The notes beneath the pieces were generated by a model, which searched no databases, was not told where the DNA came from, and saw nothing but the letters and a program-made list of their open reading frames with translations. A program made the position numbers and the translations under genes. A DNA stretch of 32,000 bases, from contig CP145874.1 of assembly GCA_041942055.1 (NCBI GenBank), forward strand, positions 390,001 to 422,000, written 5' to 3'. Shown piece after piece: positions 11,691-22,641 of the stretch (position 1 is its first letter; each line of letters starts with the position of its first letter). Source of the DNA: Candidatus Saccharimonadota bacterium. GTDB taxonomy: Bacteria; Pseudomonadota; Gammaproteobacteria; Enterobacterales; Enterobacteriaceae.

Positions 11691-11719
11691 TTGTAAAAAG
11701 TATAGCAGGGTGTTAAAAT
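11691..11719 (+). promoter_or_regulatory. Candidate sigma70 promoter for grxD (TTGTAA-17 nt-TAAAAT)
   Basis: -35 TTGTAA at 11691-11696, a 17-nt spacer, and -10 TAAAAT at 11714-11719, in the 174-nt divergent mdtK/grxD spacer. Specificity is low in AT-rich DNA. Confidence 0.25.
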
Positions 11720-11803
11720 CAGGTAGAGTTTTTCAGTGGAATCATAAAAAATTGTAGTTTAAAATGAACCTGACTGATCTTCAATTTTAATAAGGACTTT
11801 TTC

Positions 11804-12190
11804 ATGGATACTCTTGAAAAAATTAAACGTCAAATTACTGACAATCCTATTCTTCTTTTTATGAAAGGTTCACCACAAAATCCATCTTGTGGATTTTCTG
11901 CACAGACCGTACAGGTGCTATTAAGTTGTGGAGAACATTTTACTTATGTAGATATTTTAAAATTTCCTGATATTCGTACAAAATTACCTAAATATGCTAA
12001 TTGGCCAACGTTTCCTCAATTATGGGTTGAAGGGAAACTTATTGGAGGTTGTGATATTATCGTTGAAATGTTTCAACGTGGTGAATTACAAATACTTATA
12101 AAAAAAACCGCAGATAAATATCGATCTTATTCTTATGAAAAACCTCTTGATAATAAAATAACTAAAAAATTTAGTGAAACACTTACATAA
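11804..12190 (+). CDS. grxD: Monothiol glutaredoxin Grx4
   Basis: 128 aa. It has the CGFS active site ([11 protein letters not shown]) and [28 protein letters not shown], as in E. coli GrxD. The C-terminus is about 13 aa longer than in E. coli. Confidence 0.95.
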   Translation: MDTLEKIKRQITDNPILLFMKGSPQNPSCGFSAQTVQVLLSCGEHFTYVDILKFPDIRTKLPKYANWPTFPQLWVEGKLIGGCDIIVEMFQRGELQILIKKTADKYRSYSYEKPLDNKITKKFSETLT

Positions 12191-12830
12191 GTTGCATAAA
12201 ATTGCACATTTACGTCGAGAATATACTTTAGGAGTATTACGTCGTCACGACTTACCATATAACCCACTTGAATTATTTGAGAAATGGTTACAGCAAGCAT
12301 GTCAAGCAGAATTACCTGAACCCACTGCTATGTGTTTAGCTACTGTAGATCAAAATCACCATCCGTGGCAACGTATGGTATTACTTAAGCATTTTGATGA
12401 AAAAGGAATGATTTTTTATACTAATTTAACTAGCCGGAAATCGCAGCATCTTAATAAAAATCCATATATTAGCGTTTTATTTCCATGGAATATGCTCGAA
12501 AGACAAGTTATAGTTTTAGGTAATGTAGAACTTCTTTCTCATATAGAAACCTTGAAATATTTTAAAAGCAGACCCCGGGGTAGCCAAATTAGTACTTGGG
12601 TTTCACATCAATCTAGGATTATATCCAGTCGCCGAGTATTAGATCATAAATTTGTTCAAATAAAAAAACGGTTTCAAAACCGACCAATTCCATTTCCTCC
12701 TTTTTGGGGAGGATTTCGGATTAATATTAATTATATTGAATTCTGGCAAGGAGGTAAGAATCGTTTACATGATCGTTTCTTTTTTCAGAGAAAAGGAAAA
12801 TTCTGGAAAATTCATCGACTCGCTCCATAG
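12174..12830 (+). CDS. pdxH: Pyridoxamine/pyridoxine 5'-phosphate oxidase
   Basis: Colinear with E. coli PdxH ([52 protein letters not shown]......IEFWQGG..RLHDRF..QR....WKI.RLAP). The start is uncertain. GTG 12174 gives an E. coli-like length but overlaps grxD by 17 nt. In-frame TTG 12192 is the alternative. Confidence 0.92.
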   Translation: MKHLHKLHKIAHLRREYTLGVLRRHDLPYNPLELFEKWLQQACQAELPEPTAMCLATVDQNHHPWQRMVLLKHFDEKGMIFYTNLTSRKSQHLNKNPYISVLFPWNMLERQVIVLGNVELLSHIETLKYFKSRPRGSQISTWVSHQSRIISSRRVLDHKFVQIKKRFQNRPIPFPPFWGGFRININYIEFWQGGKNRLHDRFFFQRKGKFWKIHRLAP

Positions 12831-12856
12831 AAGAATTGAACAAATTAGAAATAAAT

Positions 12857-14140
12857 ATGAGTACAATGATTAATCAATTTAAACAACGAAATCTTATCTA
12901 TCAAATAACCGATGAGATAGCTTTAATAAAAAGACTTAGTGAAGGCAATATTACACTGTATTGCGGATTTGATCCCACCGCTGATAGCTTACATTTAGGA
13001 CATCTTATACCACTGCTTTGTCTCAAACGATTTCAGAATGCTGGTCATAAACCAATTGCACTTATAGGCGGGGCAACAGGTTTAATTGGAGATCCTAGTT
13101 TTAAAATCACTGAACGTAAACTAAATCCTACAGAAAGAGTTATTAAATGGGTTAAAAATATTAGTCAACAACTTGAATTATTTCTGGATTTTAATTGTGG
13201 TAAAAATAGTGCAATTATAGTAAATAATTATACCTGGCTTGGAAAAATCACGATGATAGATTTTTTACGTATAGTTGGAAAACATTTTACTATTAATCAA
13301 TTAATTCATAAAGAATCAGTAAAGCAACGTTTGAATCGTGAGGATTTAGGACTTTCTTTTACAGAATTTACTTATAATTTATTACAAAGTTATGACTTTA
13401 CCTATCTAAATTCTCAGTATGGTGTAGAATTACAAATAGGGGGATCAGATCAGTGGGGTAATATTACTTCTGGAATTGATTTAACTCGTCGCTTACATCA
13501 AAAAAAAGTTTTTGGTGTTACTCTTCCCCTGATTACACAAAAAAATGGAATAAAATTTGGTAAAACTGAGAAGAATATTATCTGGTTAGATGCTCGCAAA
13601 ACTAGTCCTTATAAATTTTATCAGTTTTGGCGTAATATAGCAGATACTGACGTGTATAGGTTATTAAAATTATTTACTTTTATGGACCTAAAGAGTATTG
13701 AGATGTTACAAAAAGAAGACAAACATAGTGGTAAACCCCGAGCACCCATGATCTTAGCGGAAGAGGTAACACGGTTAGTACATGGTATTACAGGACTCTC
13801 AGCTGCTAAACGCATAACACAATTTTTATTTTCTTCAGATACTAAAAGTAGTAATGATATTACTGAAACAGATTTCAATCAGTTAGCACAAGATGGTATT
13901 CCAACTATAACTATTGAAGTAGAAAAAAATTCGTTTGATTTGCAGCAAGCACTCGTCAAAGCTAATTTAGCATCATCACGTACTCAAGCACGATATCTTA
14001 TTGATGCTAGAGCTGTAAGTATTAATAGCAAAATACAATCTGATCCGGGCTATCAATTTGGTAATTTAGATAAGTTTTACGGACGTTATACATTATTACG
14101 ACGTGGAAAAAAACACTATTGTTTAATAGATTGGAAATAA
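12857..14140 (+). CDS. tyrS: Tyrosyl-tRNA synthetase
   Basis: Colinear with E. coli TyrS, with HIGH-type motif DSLHLGHL and KFGKT (KMSKS-type). The C-terminus RGKK.YCLI.WK matches. I chose the start at ATG 12857 ([13 protein letters not shown], cf. MASSNLIKQLQERGL). The ORF-track TTG at 12836 adds 7 aa with no counterpart. Confidence 0.93.
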   Translation: MSTMINQFKQRNLIYQITDEIALIKRLSEGNITLYCGFDPTADSLHLGHLIPLLCLKRFQNAGHKPIALIGGATGLIGDPSFKITERKLNPTERVIKWVKNISQQLELFLDFNCGKNSAIIVNNYTWLGKITMIDFLRIVGKHFTINQLIHKESVKQRLNREDLGLSFTEFTYNLLQSYDFTYLNSQYGVELQIGGSDQWGNITSGIDLTRRLHQKKVFGVTLPLITQKNGIKFGKTEKNIIWLDARKTSPYKFYQFWRNIADTDVYRLLKLFTFMDLKSIEMLQKEDKHSGKPRAPMILAEEVTRLVHGITGLSAAKRITQFLFSSDTKSSNDITETDFNQLAQDGIPTITIEVEKNSFDLQQALVKANLASSRTQARYLIDARAVSINSKIQSDPGYQFGNLDKFYGRYTLLRRGKKHYCLIDWK

Positions 14141-14173
14141 TTAAGTACAGTTAGTTTTATTTTTAAATTTTAT

Positions 14174-14195
14174 CTACCAAGAATTAATCTTGTAG
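14174..14195. terminator. Weak hairpin between convergent tyrS and clsA (possible bidirectional terminator)
   Basis: CTAC(C)AAGA-attaa-TCTTGTAG forms 8 bp with one bulged C and a 5-nt loop. The flanking U-tracts are poor on both strands. Confidence 0.2.
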
Positions 14196-14211
14196 GTTTA
14201 TAAAACTCTAA

Positions 14212-15690
14212 TTATAGTAATGGACTAAAAAAATAAAATAATTGTTCAAGAATACGTTGCCAATAAGGTCTACCTAACCAGCTATTAACATCTATCAATC
14301 GTGAACTATTAATATAATTTTCTTGTATAAAAGATAAATCATTACCAAAGTTATTATCATCAATGACAAGTGTAATTTCAAAATTTAACCATAAACTACG
14401 CATATCAAAATTGACTGTACCAATCAAACTCAATTGTCCATCAATCTGTACACTTTTGGTATGTAATAAACCTCCTTCGAATTGATAAATCTTAACACCG
14501 GCTTTTAATAACTCTGTAAAGAAAGCACGACTAGCCCAACCTACTAATATTGAATCATTACAGTATGGTATAATTATACTTACTTCAACTCCACGTTGAG
14601 CGGCAATACATAGTGCATGAAGTAAATCCTCACTTGGTACAAAATAAGGAGTGGTCATAATGATAGCATTACGTGCAGAAAAAATAGCTGTGAGTAGTGC
14701 TTTATGAATCATATAATCCGGATAATCGGGTCCTGAGGCAATTACATGAAGAATTGCAGCAGGTTCACTTGGTGGAGATAAAGAATAAATAATCTTACTC
14801 TCAAGATCAGGGTGAAATGGTAAAATACGGTGACCTGTTTCTAATTCCCAATCACAGGAATAAATAATTCTCATCAGGTTCGTTATTGGACCTTCCATAC
14901 GTACCATCAAATCAATCCATTGACCAACTTTAGATTTTTGTTTAAAAATTCTTGGATCTACTAAATTCATGCTACCTGTATAAGCAATACAATTATCAAT
15001 TAATACCATTTTGCGATGCTGGCGTAAATCTAAACGTCGGAAAAAAATCCGCAATAAACTTACACGTAAAGCTTCAACAATCTCAATACCTGCATTCCGC
15101 ATAACAGATACTAAGGTACTCTGAAAAAACCTTCTACTACCAGCTGAATCCAACATTAATCTGCAATGTACTCCTCGTTTAGCTGCAGTTATAAGTGCAT
15201 CTGCTACTGTATTAGTAATTCCTCCTGGTTGCCAAATGTAGAAAACAATTTGAATATTATTTCGAGCCAATTGAATATCTTGAATAATAGATTTAACTAT
15301 GTCATCGGTAGTCGTAAGTAAATTTAGCTTGTTAGCTTTAAAACCCGTAATACCTTGGCGTAATTTGCAAAGTTGAAATAATTGACGAGCTACTTCACTA
15401 TTTTTAATAGCAAAAAATCTTTCATAATGTTTAAATTGTTTTATCCATTGAGTAATGGAAGGCAATATAATTTGAGCTCGTTTAGCTCTTCGTTTCCCTA
15501 AATAAAGTTCTTCTAAAGTAAAATAAGCGAGAATTCCTATTAAAGGTAATATATAAATTATTAATAACCAAGCGAGAGAAGATGATACAGTTCTACGTTT
15601 CATTAAGATTCTAAATACTGTCGCAGTAATCAATAATCTATATAATAAAAGAATGAACCAGCTGATGAAGGAATAAAAAGTAATAATCAT
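14212..15690 (-). CDS. clsA: Cardiolipin synthase A
   Basis: 492 aa. Colinear with E. coli ClsA. It has two HKD motifs (HRKMVLID and HTKSVQID) and the C-terminus [15 protein letters not shown] ([11 protein letters not shown]). Confidence 0.95.
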   Translation of the reverse strand: MIITFYSFISWFILLLYRLLITATVFRILMKRRTVSSSLAWLLIIYILPLIGILAYFTLEELYLGKRRAKRAQIILPSITQWIKQFKHYERFFAIKNSEVARQLFQLCKLRQGITGFKANKLNLLTTTDDIVKSIIQDIQLARNNIQIVFYIWQPGGITNTVADALITAAKRGVHCRLMLDSAGSRRFFQSTLVSVMRNAGIEIVEALRVSLLRIFFRRLDLRQHRKMVLIDNCIAYTGSMNLVDPRIFKQKSKVGQWIDLMVRMEGPITNLMRIIYSCDWELETGHRILPFHPDLESKIIYSLSPPSEPAAILHVIASGPDYPDYMIHKALLTAIFSARNAIIMTTPYFVPSEDLLHALCIAAQRGVEVSIIIPYCNDSILVGWASRAFFTELLKAGVKIYQFEGGLLHTKSVQIDGQLSLIGTVNFDMRSLWLNFEITLVIDDNNFGNDLSFIQENYINSSRLIDVNSWLGRPYWQRILEQLFYFFSPLL

Positions 15691-15748
15691 TCATGTACTC
15701 ATCATCAATCAGTCCTGCTCTGCCTTATATAATTTTTTATGAATAATT

Positions 15749-16498
15749 TTATCTACACAACATATAAAATCTATATAAATAGATAATTAATACTGCATTA
15801 ATTACATAATAAATAATATTTAATATTATTATTGATATCGTCATAATAAATAAATGTGTCACAAATGCTGAAAAGATCAATACCAAATATTTTCCGAATA
15901 GCCATAAAATAATTGCAGGAATTATTAGTTTATGATATTTCCATATCATATACGTACTAATACGCATAGCATCTGATATACTGGTTTGTTCATTAATCAT
16001 CACTATTGGTGATAATGATAATAAAATAGTTAATACTATTCCGGGAAAAATTAAGATTATTAATCCCAAGTTATTTAATAGGTTGATTATGAATGTTAAG
16101 ATTAGTAATTTTGGAAATTGTAAAACTGCACTTTGTAAAGCTAGTAAGATATTTCCTCGTTTTCCTGATGAAACCATAGTAATCAAATTTAGAATTCCAC
16201 CTAACATTAATGTATGTCCTAATAAGGTAATGACAAATTTTATTACAAAAATGTATAATAGCAACATCAGTTGTTCCGATGACATTTTTGGTACTATTTC
16301 CAATAAACTTTTGGAAAAGTATTTTGGATCATTAGTTCCAAAAATAAATTGCATCTGCTCACTATAATAAGGAAATATAATACTATTTATTAGTACTGTA
16401 ATAAAAGATATTAATATCGCCATTAATATGATATTAATAGCTTGATGATAACAAAAATTGATTGTATCACGATATAAAGATCTTACGGTGACAGACAT
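15749..16498 (-). CDS. yciC: UPF0259 family inner-membrane protein YciC
   Basis: From ATG 16498 the protein reads MSVTVRSLYRDTINF... (cf. E. coli YciC MSITAQSVYRDTGNF...) and ends ...LIIYLYRFYMLCR (cf. LLIYLFRLYMLIRQ). AAGGA lies 9 nt upstream. The ORF-track start at 16561 adds 21 unsupported residues. Confidence 0.85.
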   Translation of the reverse strand: MSVTVRSLYRDTINFCYHQAINIILMAILISFITVLINSIIFPYYSEQMQFIFGTNDPKYFSKSLLEIVPKMSSEQLMLLLYIFVIKFVITLLGHTLMLGGILNLITMVSSGKRGNILLALQSAVLQFPKLLILTFIINLLNNLGLIILIFPGIVLTILLSLSPIVMINEQTSISDAMRISTYMIWKYHKLIIPAIILWLFGKYLVLIFSAFVTHLFIMTISIIILNIIYYVINAVLIIYLYRFYMLCR

Positions 16499-16512
16499 AG
16501 TTAGTATTCCTT

Positions 16513-16533
16513 TCATCTCGATGTATGAGATGA
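16513..16533. repeat. Perfect 7-bp inverted repeat (TCATCTC-n7-GAGATGA) directly upstream of the yciC ribosome-binding site
   Basis: TCATCTC at 16513-16519, spacer gatgtat, GAGATGA at 16527-16533. On the yciC strand it is followed immediately by AAGGAATACTAACTATG. Confidence 0.4.
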
Positions 16534-16696
16534 GTTTAATCAAATTCACTTTGAGTATCAATAACTATATGAAACTACAACTAGTTTATCATTGATTTTC
16601 ATTTTAAGTCATGTTTATATCATCCATAAGTCTCTTAATTGTTCAGAATTTCGTTAGTAAATTTTTGAAGAAAAAGTACCACGGCAGGATTTGTTG

Positions 16697-17719
16697 GTGA
16701 AACTAATTTTTAGTTATGGATTATTTTTATTGAAAATGTTTATTGGCATAATGGTTATTACAATTATAACCTTACTTTTTATAAAAAAACTTCTTAATCG
16801 TAAAAAATTACAAGATGGCTATTTGCAATTAACACCTTTAGATAAAAAATATCATGAAATGAAAAATGATATGCTATTAGCAATATCATCTAAGAAAGGT
16901 AAACGATGGAACAGTGTAAAAGAGAAATTATCATCAATCTTCAAAAATAACACTAAGTCCGAGTTAAAACTAAACCAAGATAATAAAATTATTTATGTCA
17001 TTGATTTTAAAGGAAGTATGGATGCAAAAGAAGTTAATTATTTAAGGGAAGAAATTTCTGCCATATTATTAGTTGCAAGTAATAATGATCAAGTTTTATT
17101 ACGATTAGAAAGTGCTGGTGGTTTAGTACATAGTTATGGTTTAGCTGCTTCACAACTGCAGCGTTTACGTAATAAAGGAATTTTTTTAACCGTAGTAGTT
17201 GATAAAATGGCTGCAAGTGGTGGTTATATGATGGCCTGTGTAGCTAATCATCTTATCGCAGCTCCCTTTGCTGTTATTGGTTCAATTGGGGTAGTTGCAC
17301 AACTTCCGAATTTTCATCGATTCTTAAAGCGTCATGAAATTGATATTGAACTCCACACTGCTGGTGAATACAAGCGTACTTTAACTTTATTTGGAGAAAA
17401 CAATGATCGTGGCCGTCAAAAATTAATAGAAGAATTACAAACTACACATCAGTTATTTAAAAAATTTATTCAGGATATGCGTCCTACACTAGATATTGAT
17501 ACGGTTGCAACTGGAGAACATTGGTTTGGAATTCAAGCTCTAGAAAAAAATTTGATTGATGAACTTGGTACAAGTGATGACTTTATCCTACAAAAACAAG
17601 ATCAATGTAAGTTAATTAGTGTTCGTTATTGCATATCTTCAAAAAACCAATGGTTTGATAACATCTTGAATGCAATTTATCAACGTATAGAATACTTCTT
17701 ATTTAAACTTATATCATGA
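16697..17719 (+). CDS. sohB: S49-family periplasmic/inner-membrane peptidase SohB
   Basis: Colinear with E. coli SohB (V.DFKGSMDA.EVN.LREEI.A.L, LRLES.GG.VH.YGLAASQLQRLR, D.VAASGGYMMACVA, GSIGVVAQ.PNF.RFLK...IDIELHTAG.YKRTLTL.GEN, ATGEHW.G). The start is ambiguous among TTG 16691, TTG 16694 and GTG 16697. GTG 16697 gives (M)KLIFSYGLFLLK, cf. MELLSEYGLFLAK, with AGGA 7 nt upstream. Confidence 0.9.
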   Translation: MKLIFSYGLFLLKMFIGIMVITIITLLFIKKLLNRKKLQDGYLQLTPLDKKYHEMKNDMLLAISSKKGKRWNSVKEKLSSIFKNNTKSELKLNQDNKIIYVIDFKGSMDAKEVNYLREEISAILLVASNNDQVLLRLESAGGLVHSYGLAASQLQRLRNKGIFLTVVVDKMAASGGYMMACVANHLIAAPFAVIGSIGVVAQLPNFHRFLKRHEIDIELHTAGEYKRTLTLFGENNDRGRQKLIEELQTTHQLFKKFIQDMRPTLDIDTVATGEHWFGIQALEKNLIDELGTSDDFILQKQDQCKLISVRYCISSKNQWFDNILNAIYQRIEYFLFKLIS

Positions 17720-17810
17720 TTAATTAAAAAAGTAGTATTCTAGTATAGAAGAATGTAACTGATTTTAATGTTAATAATTTCAAAGTAAAGTTTAAATTAA
17801 GATTTATTGT

Positions 17811-18521
17811 ATGTCTAATTCTCCTTTAATATTAGCGCTTGATTATCCAAATCGTAATCAGGTTATGGACTTAGTTGATAATATAGATCCTTCACTGTGT
17901 CGTCTTAAAGTAGGTAAAGAATTATTTACCTTACTAGGTCCACAAATTGTACGCGACTTGCAACAAAGAGGGTTTGAAATCTTTCTAGATCTTAAATTTC
18001 ATGATATTCCTAATACAGTTGCACATGCAGTTGCTATTAGTGCAGAAATGGGGGTATGGATGATAAATGTTCATGCAAGTGGAGGAGCCAAAATGATGAG
18101 TGCTGCGCATGAGGCATTATTATCTTTTGGAAAAGATGCTCCATTGTTAATGGCGGTTACTATGCTAACAAGCATAAATGAAAATGATTTATATAATCTA
18201 GGTTTTAGGTCTTCACTTTCAGAACAAATTGGAAGATTAGCACGATTAACATATAATTGTGGTCTTAATGGTATTATTTGTTCGGCACAAAACGCTGTAC
18301 AAGTTAAATTTGATATTAATCAGCAATTTCTTATAGTATCACCAGGAATCCGATTGGATAATAATAAAAATTATGATCATCAAAGTATTATGAGACCATA
18401 TGAAGCCCTATGTGCTGGTGCTGACTATATCGTAATAGGACGTCCTATTACACAATCTATCAATCCGGCAAAAACTCTAACTAAAATTTATAATTCACTT
18501 AACTTAAATATTATTAAATAA
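17811..18521 (+). CDS. pyrF: Orotidine-5'-phosphate decarboxylase
   Basis: 236 aa. Motifs: [73 protein letters not shown]. Colinear with E. coli PyrF. Confidence 0.96.
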   Translation: MSNSPLILALDYPNRNQVMDLVDNIDPSLCRLKVGKELFTLLGPQIVRDLQQRGFEIFLDLKFHDIPNTVAHAVAISAEMGVWMINVHASGGAKMMSAAHEALLSFGKDAPLLMAVTMLTSINENDLYNLGFRSSLSEQIGRLARLTYNCGLNGIICSAQNAVQVKFDINQQFLIVSPGIRLDNNKNYDHQSIMRPYEALCAGADYIVIGRPITQSINPAKTLTKIYNSLNLNIIK

Positions 18522-18540
18522 CCTAACGGTAAATACATAT

Positions 18541-20943
18541 TCAGTTTCTCAAAAAGGCTTGAAACTTTTTTTTTAATTTATCTAGACATTTATTTATAAG
18601 AGCTGCTATTTCATCTTCTTGAAGTGTTCGATTAGTATCTTGCAAAATTAAGCTAAAAGCTAGACTTTTGTAACCATTTGGGATATTATTACCACGATAC
18701 ACATCAAATAATGATATTGCAACTAATTGATTTGATAAAATATTTTTACATTCGGTTATTATATCTGAAGCTGGAATGTCTTCAGTAACTACTATTGCGA
18801 TATCACGACGATTTGATGGAAATCGTGAGATATTATGTATAATTGGTTTGCAAGATTGAAAATGGTTTTTCCATAATAGTTCAAATATTATAGTTTGATT
18901 ATTTAACTCTAATCGATGTTGCAATTCTGGATGAACAACCCCAATAATACCAATACGTTCATTATGTAAATAAATTGCAGCCGTTTGACCGGGATGTAAA
19001 GCGGGATGAATTTCAGCTTTAAAATGAACTGTTTTACCACTTAAGTCAAGCAATGATTCGACATCACCTTTTAAATCATAAAAATCCATAGGTTTACATG
19101 GAGTATCCCAAATATCTTCATATTTATTACCACAAATAATTCCTGTTATCATTAAATCTTCTTGAACAACCTTATTAGTTTTTTTTTGTTGCATGGGCAG
19201 AAATCGTTTCCCTATTTCAAATATTCTCATACATTTCTGCTGACGATTTTGATTATAAATAATAACCGATAATAATCCACTCCATAATGAAACACGCATT
19301 ACAGATAGTCCAGTAGAAATTGGATTAGATAATTTCAACTTTTCTTCCTTTGGATGTAATAATTTTTGTATTTCGGGATTTACAAAACTATAGGTAATAA
19401 CCTCCTGATAGCCTCTATCTACCAATAAGGTTCTGACACGTTGAAGTGATAAAACATTAGTACTTATCTTATTCAATCGCATATATGTCTTTAACGGATT
19501 ACAAGAGATCTTATTATATCCATAAATCCTCACTATTTCTTCTATTAAATCTTCCTCGATATTAAGATCAAAACGCCAGCTAGGGGTTTTTACTTTCCAA
19601 CCAGGATTGTTTTTTTTATTTAATGTATAATCACAACCCAATCGAGATAAAATATCTACTATTTCATCATCCGTAATATGTTGGCCAATAAGTGAATCTA
19701 GCTTTCTTCGACGCAATGGTATAATTTTACTTTTTGGTAAATGTGTTACATTCGTAACTTCAATAATTGGTCCCGCTTTTCCACCGCAAAGCCGTAAAAT
19801 TAAATCCGTAGCTAATTCGATAGCCTGAAACTGAATCATAGGATCTACTCCTCGTTCATAACGTTGTGAAACATCGGTATGTAATTTATAACGTAATGAA
19901 CGACCTATAATAAATAAAGGATTAAAAAAAGCACTTTCGATTAGTATATTGTTGGTCTGATGATTTAGGTCGCAAGATACTCCTCGAACAATTCCTGCTA
20001 TTGATAATACTTTAGTATTATCGGCTACCACCATTACATCTTCTTGTAACTTGATGTGATTACTATTAGTTAATAGAAATGTTTCGTTGGTTTTTGCCAT
20101 TCGTACAGTAATATTTCCATCAATTGAATTAAAATCAAATATATTTATTGGTTGCCCAAGTTCTAATAAAATATAATTGATAATATCAACTATTACATTA
20201 CCAAAACTATAATTACATCGTCGCAATTTTTCACTCAACCATAAGGGTGTTGGTACATTCACATCAACTTCTTTTAAAATACGTGCTATATAACGAGGAC
20301 AAGCTTCAGGAACTTTTACATCAATTGGTAAGGTGTCATTCAATCTTACTGATGCTGGTAAAATTTTTTTTTCATTAAATCTTAATTTATTGAAAGCAGC
20401 TATATCTCGTGCTATACCACGAATACTCAAACAATCAGCACGATTCGGATTCACGTTAATTTCAAATATTGTATCATCTAATTGTAAATAATCTCGAATA
20501 TTCCTTCCTATTTTAGCAGAATAGGGTAGTTCAATTAAGTGGTTTTGATTCTTAACTTCCAAGATCCCTAAATTAGAAAATGAACATAATTTACCTTGTG
20601 AAATGATATTCTGAATGCTTTTTGCATAAATTTTAACTTTATCCAAAAGCAGTGCTCCTATAACAGCAACTGCAACTTTTATACCTTTACGGCAATTATC
20701 TGCATCACAAACTATAGTTAAAAGATTATTACTATTTGGATCTATATTAACTTTTGTAATATATAAATTATTTAAGAATGGTTTACATTCTACTATTTCT
20801 CCTACAACCACACCAACACAATTACCGGCTACCTTTATAATTTGGTTAACTTCTAGTCCGGACATAGTTAGTTGTTCAGATAACGAATAACTATTAGTAT
20901 CAATGTTTACCCATTCTCTTAACTCCAATTCACTAACTCTCAT
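18541..20943 (-). CDS. pheT: Phenylalanyl-tRNA synthetase beta subunit
   Basis: 800 aa. The length and position downstream of pheS fit. It has an N-terminal tRNA-binding domain (M..SE.WLREWVN-like MRVSELELREWVN), B3/4 and B5 regions, and a C-terminal FDVYRG...SLAF.L.LQD..RTL. Confidence 0.95.
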   Translation of the reverse strand: MRVSELELREWVNIDTNSYSLSEQLTMSGLEVNQIIKVAGNCVGVVVGEIVECKPFLNNLYITKVNIDPNSNNLLTIVCDADNCRKGIKVAVAVIGALLLDKVKIYAKSIQNIISQGKLCSFSNLGILEVKNQNHLIELPYSAKIGRNIRDYLQLDDTIFEINVNPNRADCLSIRGIARDIAAFNKLRFNEKKILPASVRLNDTLPIDVKVPEACPRYIARILKEVDVNVPTPLWLSEKLRRCNYSFGNVIVDIINYILLELGQPINIFDFNSIDGNITVRMAKTNETFLLTNSNHIKLQEDVMVVADNTKVLSIAGIVRGVSCDLNHQTNNILIESAFFNPLFIIGRSLRYKLHTDVSQRYERGVDPMIQFQAIELATDLILRLCGGKAGPIIEVTNVTHLPKSKIIPLRRRKLDSLIGQHITDDEIVDILSRLGCDYTLNKKNNPGWKVKTPSWRFDLNIEEDLIEEIVRIYGYNKISCNPLKTYMRLNKISTNVLSLQRVRTLLVDRGYQEVITYSFVNPEIQKLLHPKEEKLKLSNPISTGLSVMRVSLWSGLLSVIIYNQNRQQKCMRIFEIGKRFLPMQQKKTNKVVQEDLMITGIICGNKYEDIWDTPCKPMDFYDLKGDVESLLDLSGKTVHFKAEIHPALHPGQTAAIYLHNERIGIIGVVHPELQHRLELNNQTIIFELLWKNHFQSCKPIIHNISRFPSNRRDIAIVVTEDIPASDIITECKNILSNQLVAISLFDVYRGNNIPNGYKSLAFSLILQDTNRTLQEDEIAALINKCLDKLKKKFQAFLRN

Positions 20944-20961
20944 AAGATAAGGATTTTTTAT

Positions 20962-21951
20962 TTAATTAAATTGTTTGAGAAATCGTAAATCATTTTCATA
21001 AAACGGTCGTAGATCTGATATTTCATAATATAGCATAGCAAGACGTTCTATACCTATTCCAAAGGCCAAAGCAGAATAAGCATCTACTGATATTCCAACA
21101 TTCTTAAGTACATTAGGATGTACCATGCCACATCCTAATACTTCTATCCATTTTTTGTCTTTACTTATGATATCAATTTCAGCAGAGGGTTCTGTAAAAG
21201 GAAAATAAGAAGGTCTAAATCTTATTTTCAAGTTTTTATCAAAAAATAGTTTTAAAAAATCACACAAGATTGTTTTGAGATTACTAAAACTTATGTCTTG
21301 ATCAACTATTAAACCTTCTATTTGATGAAACATAGGAGTATGAGTTTGATCATTATCATTTCGATACACTTTACCTGAAGCAATGATTTTTATAGGAGGT
21401 TTTTGATTTTTCATTATTCTAATTTGTACTCCTGACATTTGTGTTCTTAATAAATAAGTATCATTTAACCAAAATGTATCATGTTCTGTGCGAGCCGGAT
21501 GATGAAGTGATATATTTAAAGCATCAAAATTATGATAACCATCTTCAATTTCTGGACCCGTGACTGATTCAAAACCTAATCCATAAAATATTTTTTCAAT
21601 ACGATCAATGATCTTGGTTATAGGGTGCATACCTCCAGTCTTAATACCACGTCCTGGTAATGAAATATCTAAAAAGTTATTATTACACAGAAGTACATTC
21701 AGCGCTTTGGCTTCCAACTGCTGTTTTTTTTTATTGAATAAAAGCCTAATTTGCTTTTTAACATTATTTAACACTCTTCCTATAACAGGACGTTGTTCTA
21801 AAGGTAAATTATTTAACTTATTTATATAGAGAGTTATATGCCCTTTTTTTCCTAAATATTCAATACGTATTCTTTCTAGAGCTTTAACATCGTTAATATT
21901 CTCAATAGTTTTTTTAAATTGAGAAATAAATTCTTTTATATGAATTAGCAT
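20962..21951 (-). CDS. pheS: Phenylalanyl-tRNA synthetase alpha subunit
   Basis: From ATG 21951 (AAGGA 7 nt upstream) the protein is 329 aa and colinear with E. coli PheS (327 aa): [23 protein letters not shown]....[70 protein letters not shown]. The ORF-track start at 22017 is a TTG extension. Confidence 0.95.
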   Translation of the reverse strand: MLIHIKEFISQFKKTIENINDVKALERIRIEYLGKKGHITLYINKLNNLPLEQRPVIGRVLNNVKKQIRLLFNKKKQQLEAKALNVLLCNNNFLDISLPGRGIKTGGMHPITKIIDRIEKIFYGLGFESVTGPEIEDGYHNFDALNISLHHPARTEHDTFWLNDTYLLRTQMSGVQIRIMKNQKPPIKIIASGKVYRNDNDQTHTPMFHQIEGLIVDQDISFSNLKTILCDFLKLFFDKNLKIRFRPSYFPFTEPSAEIDIISKDKKWIEVLGCGMVHPNVLKNVGISVDAYSALAFGIGIERLAMLYYEISDLRPFYENDLRFLKQFN

Positions 21952-22032
21952 ATTTATTTCCTTTAGATGGTAATTAAAATAAAAAACCTCTACATGGGAG
22001 GAATAATTTTGTACCAAACTAAAAAAGTTTTC

Positions 22033-22392
22033 TTAAATAGAATTAGCCAATTTAGATTTTTCAACTAATATATAAAATGAATCTTTATCAGATACTGCAA
22101 TATCAGATAAGATCTTACGATCTATTTGAACCAAAGATTTTTTGAGTCCTTTAATAAAATTATTATAAGAAAGGCCATATTTTCTTACTGCAGCATTGAT
22201 GCGCATAATCCAAAGCTGGCGTAACTTACGTTTACGCTGACGGCGATCACGGTAAGCGTACTGACCAGCTTTTATAACAGCTTGAATAGCCACCCTATAT
22301 GCACGAGAACGTGCTCCATAATAACCATTAGCTTGTTTTAAGATTTTTTTGTGACGTGCATGAGCCACTACACTACGCTTAACACGAACCAT
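22033..22392 (-). CDS. rplT: 50S ribosomal protein L20
   Basis: 119 aa. [59 protein letters not shown] is near-identical to E. coli L20. Confidence 0.97.
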   Translation of the reverse strand: MVRVKRSVVAHARHKKILKQANGYYGARSRAYRVAIQAVIKAGQYAYRDRRQRKRKLRQLWIMRINAAVRKYGLSYNNFIKGLKKSLVQIDRKILSDIAVSDKDSFYILVEKSKLANSI

Positions 22393-22414
22393 ATTTTTTA
22401 CCTCTTACTATTTT

Positions 22415-22612
22415 TTATCTATAGGGCATGCATCCCACTACTAATTTTAAATCTCCTTTAGAGATTACTCTTTTTGAACGTAAATGACGCTTCCGCTTAG
22501 AAGATTTTTTAGTTAGTATATGACGAAGGTTAGCTTTTTTATGTTTAAAACTGCCGGAAGCAGTTGGTTTAAAACGTTTAACAGCACTGCGAACCGTTTT
22601 TATTTTTGGCAT
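22415..22612 (-). CDS. rpmI: 50S ribosomal protein L35
   Basis: From ATG 22612: [38 protein letters not shown]...SKGDL.LV..C.PY. 65 aa, as in E. coli L35. The ORF-track start at 22642 adds 10 unsupported residues. Confidence 0.95.
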   Translation of the reverse strand: MPKIKTVRSAVKRFKPTASGSFKHKKANLRHILTKKSSKRKRHLRSKRVISKGDLKLVVGCMPYR

Positions 22613-22641
22613 ATTTACACCATTTATTTTTATAGATCCCA

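Noticed and set aside
13621-13878. 85-aa ORF antisense to tyrS
   Set aside because: Shadow ORF within a conserved gene.
16083-16367. 94-aa ORF antisense to yciC
   Set aside because: Shadow ORF in AT-rich membrane-protein coding sequence, with no motif.
17034-17216. 60-aa ORF antisense to sohB
   Set aside because: Shadow ORF within a conserved gene.
21608-21829. 73-aa ORF antisense to pheS
   Set aside because: Shadow ORF within a conserved gene.
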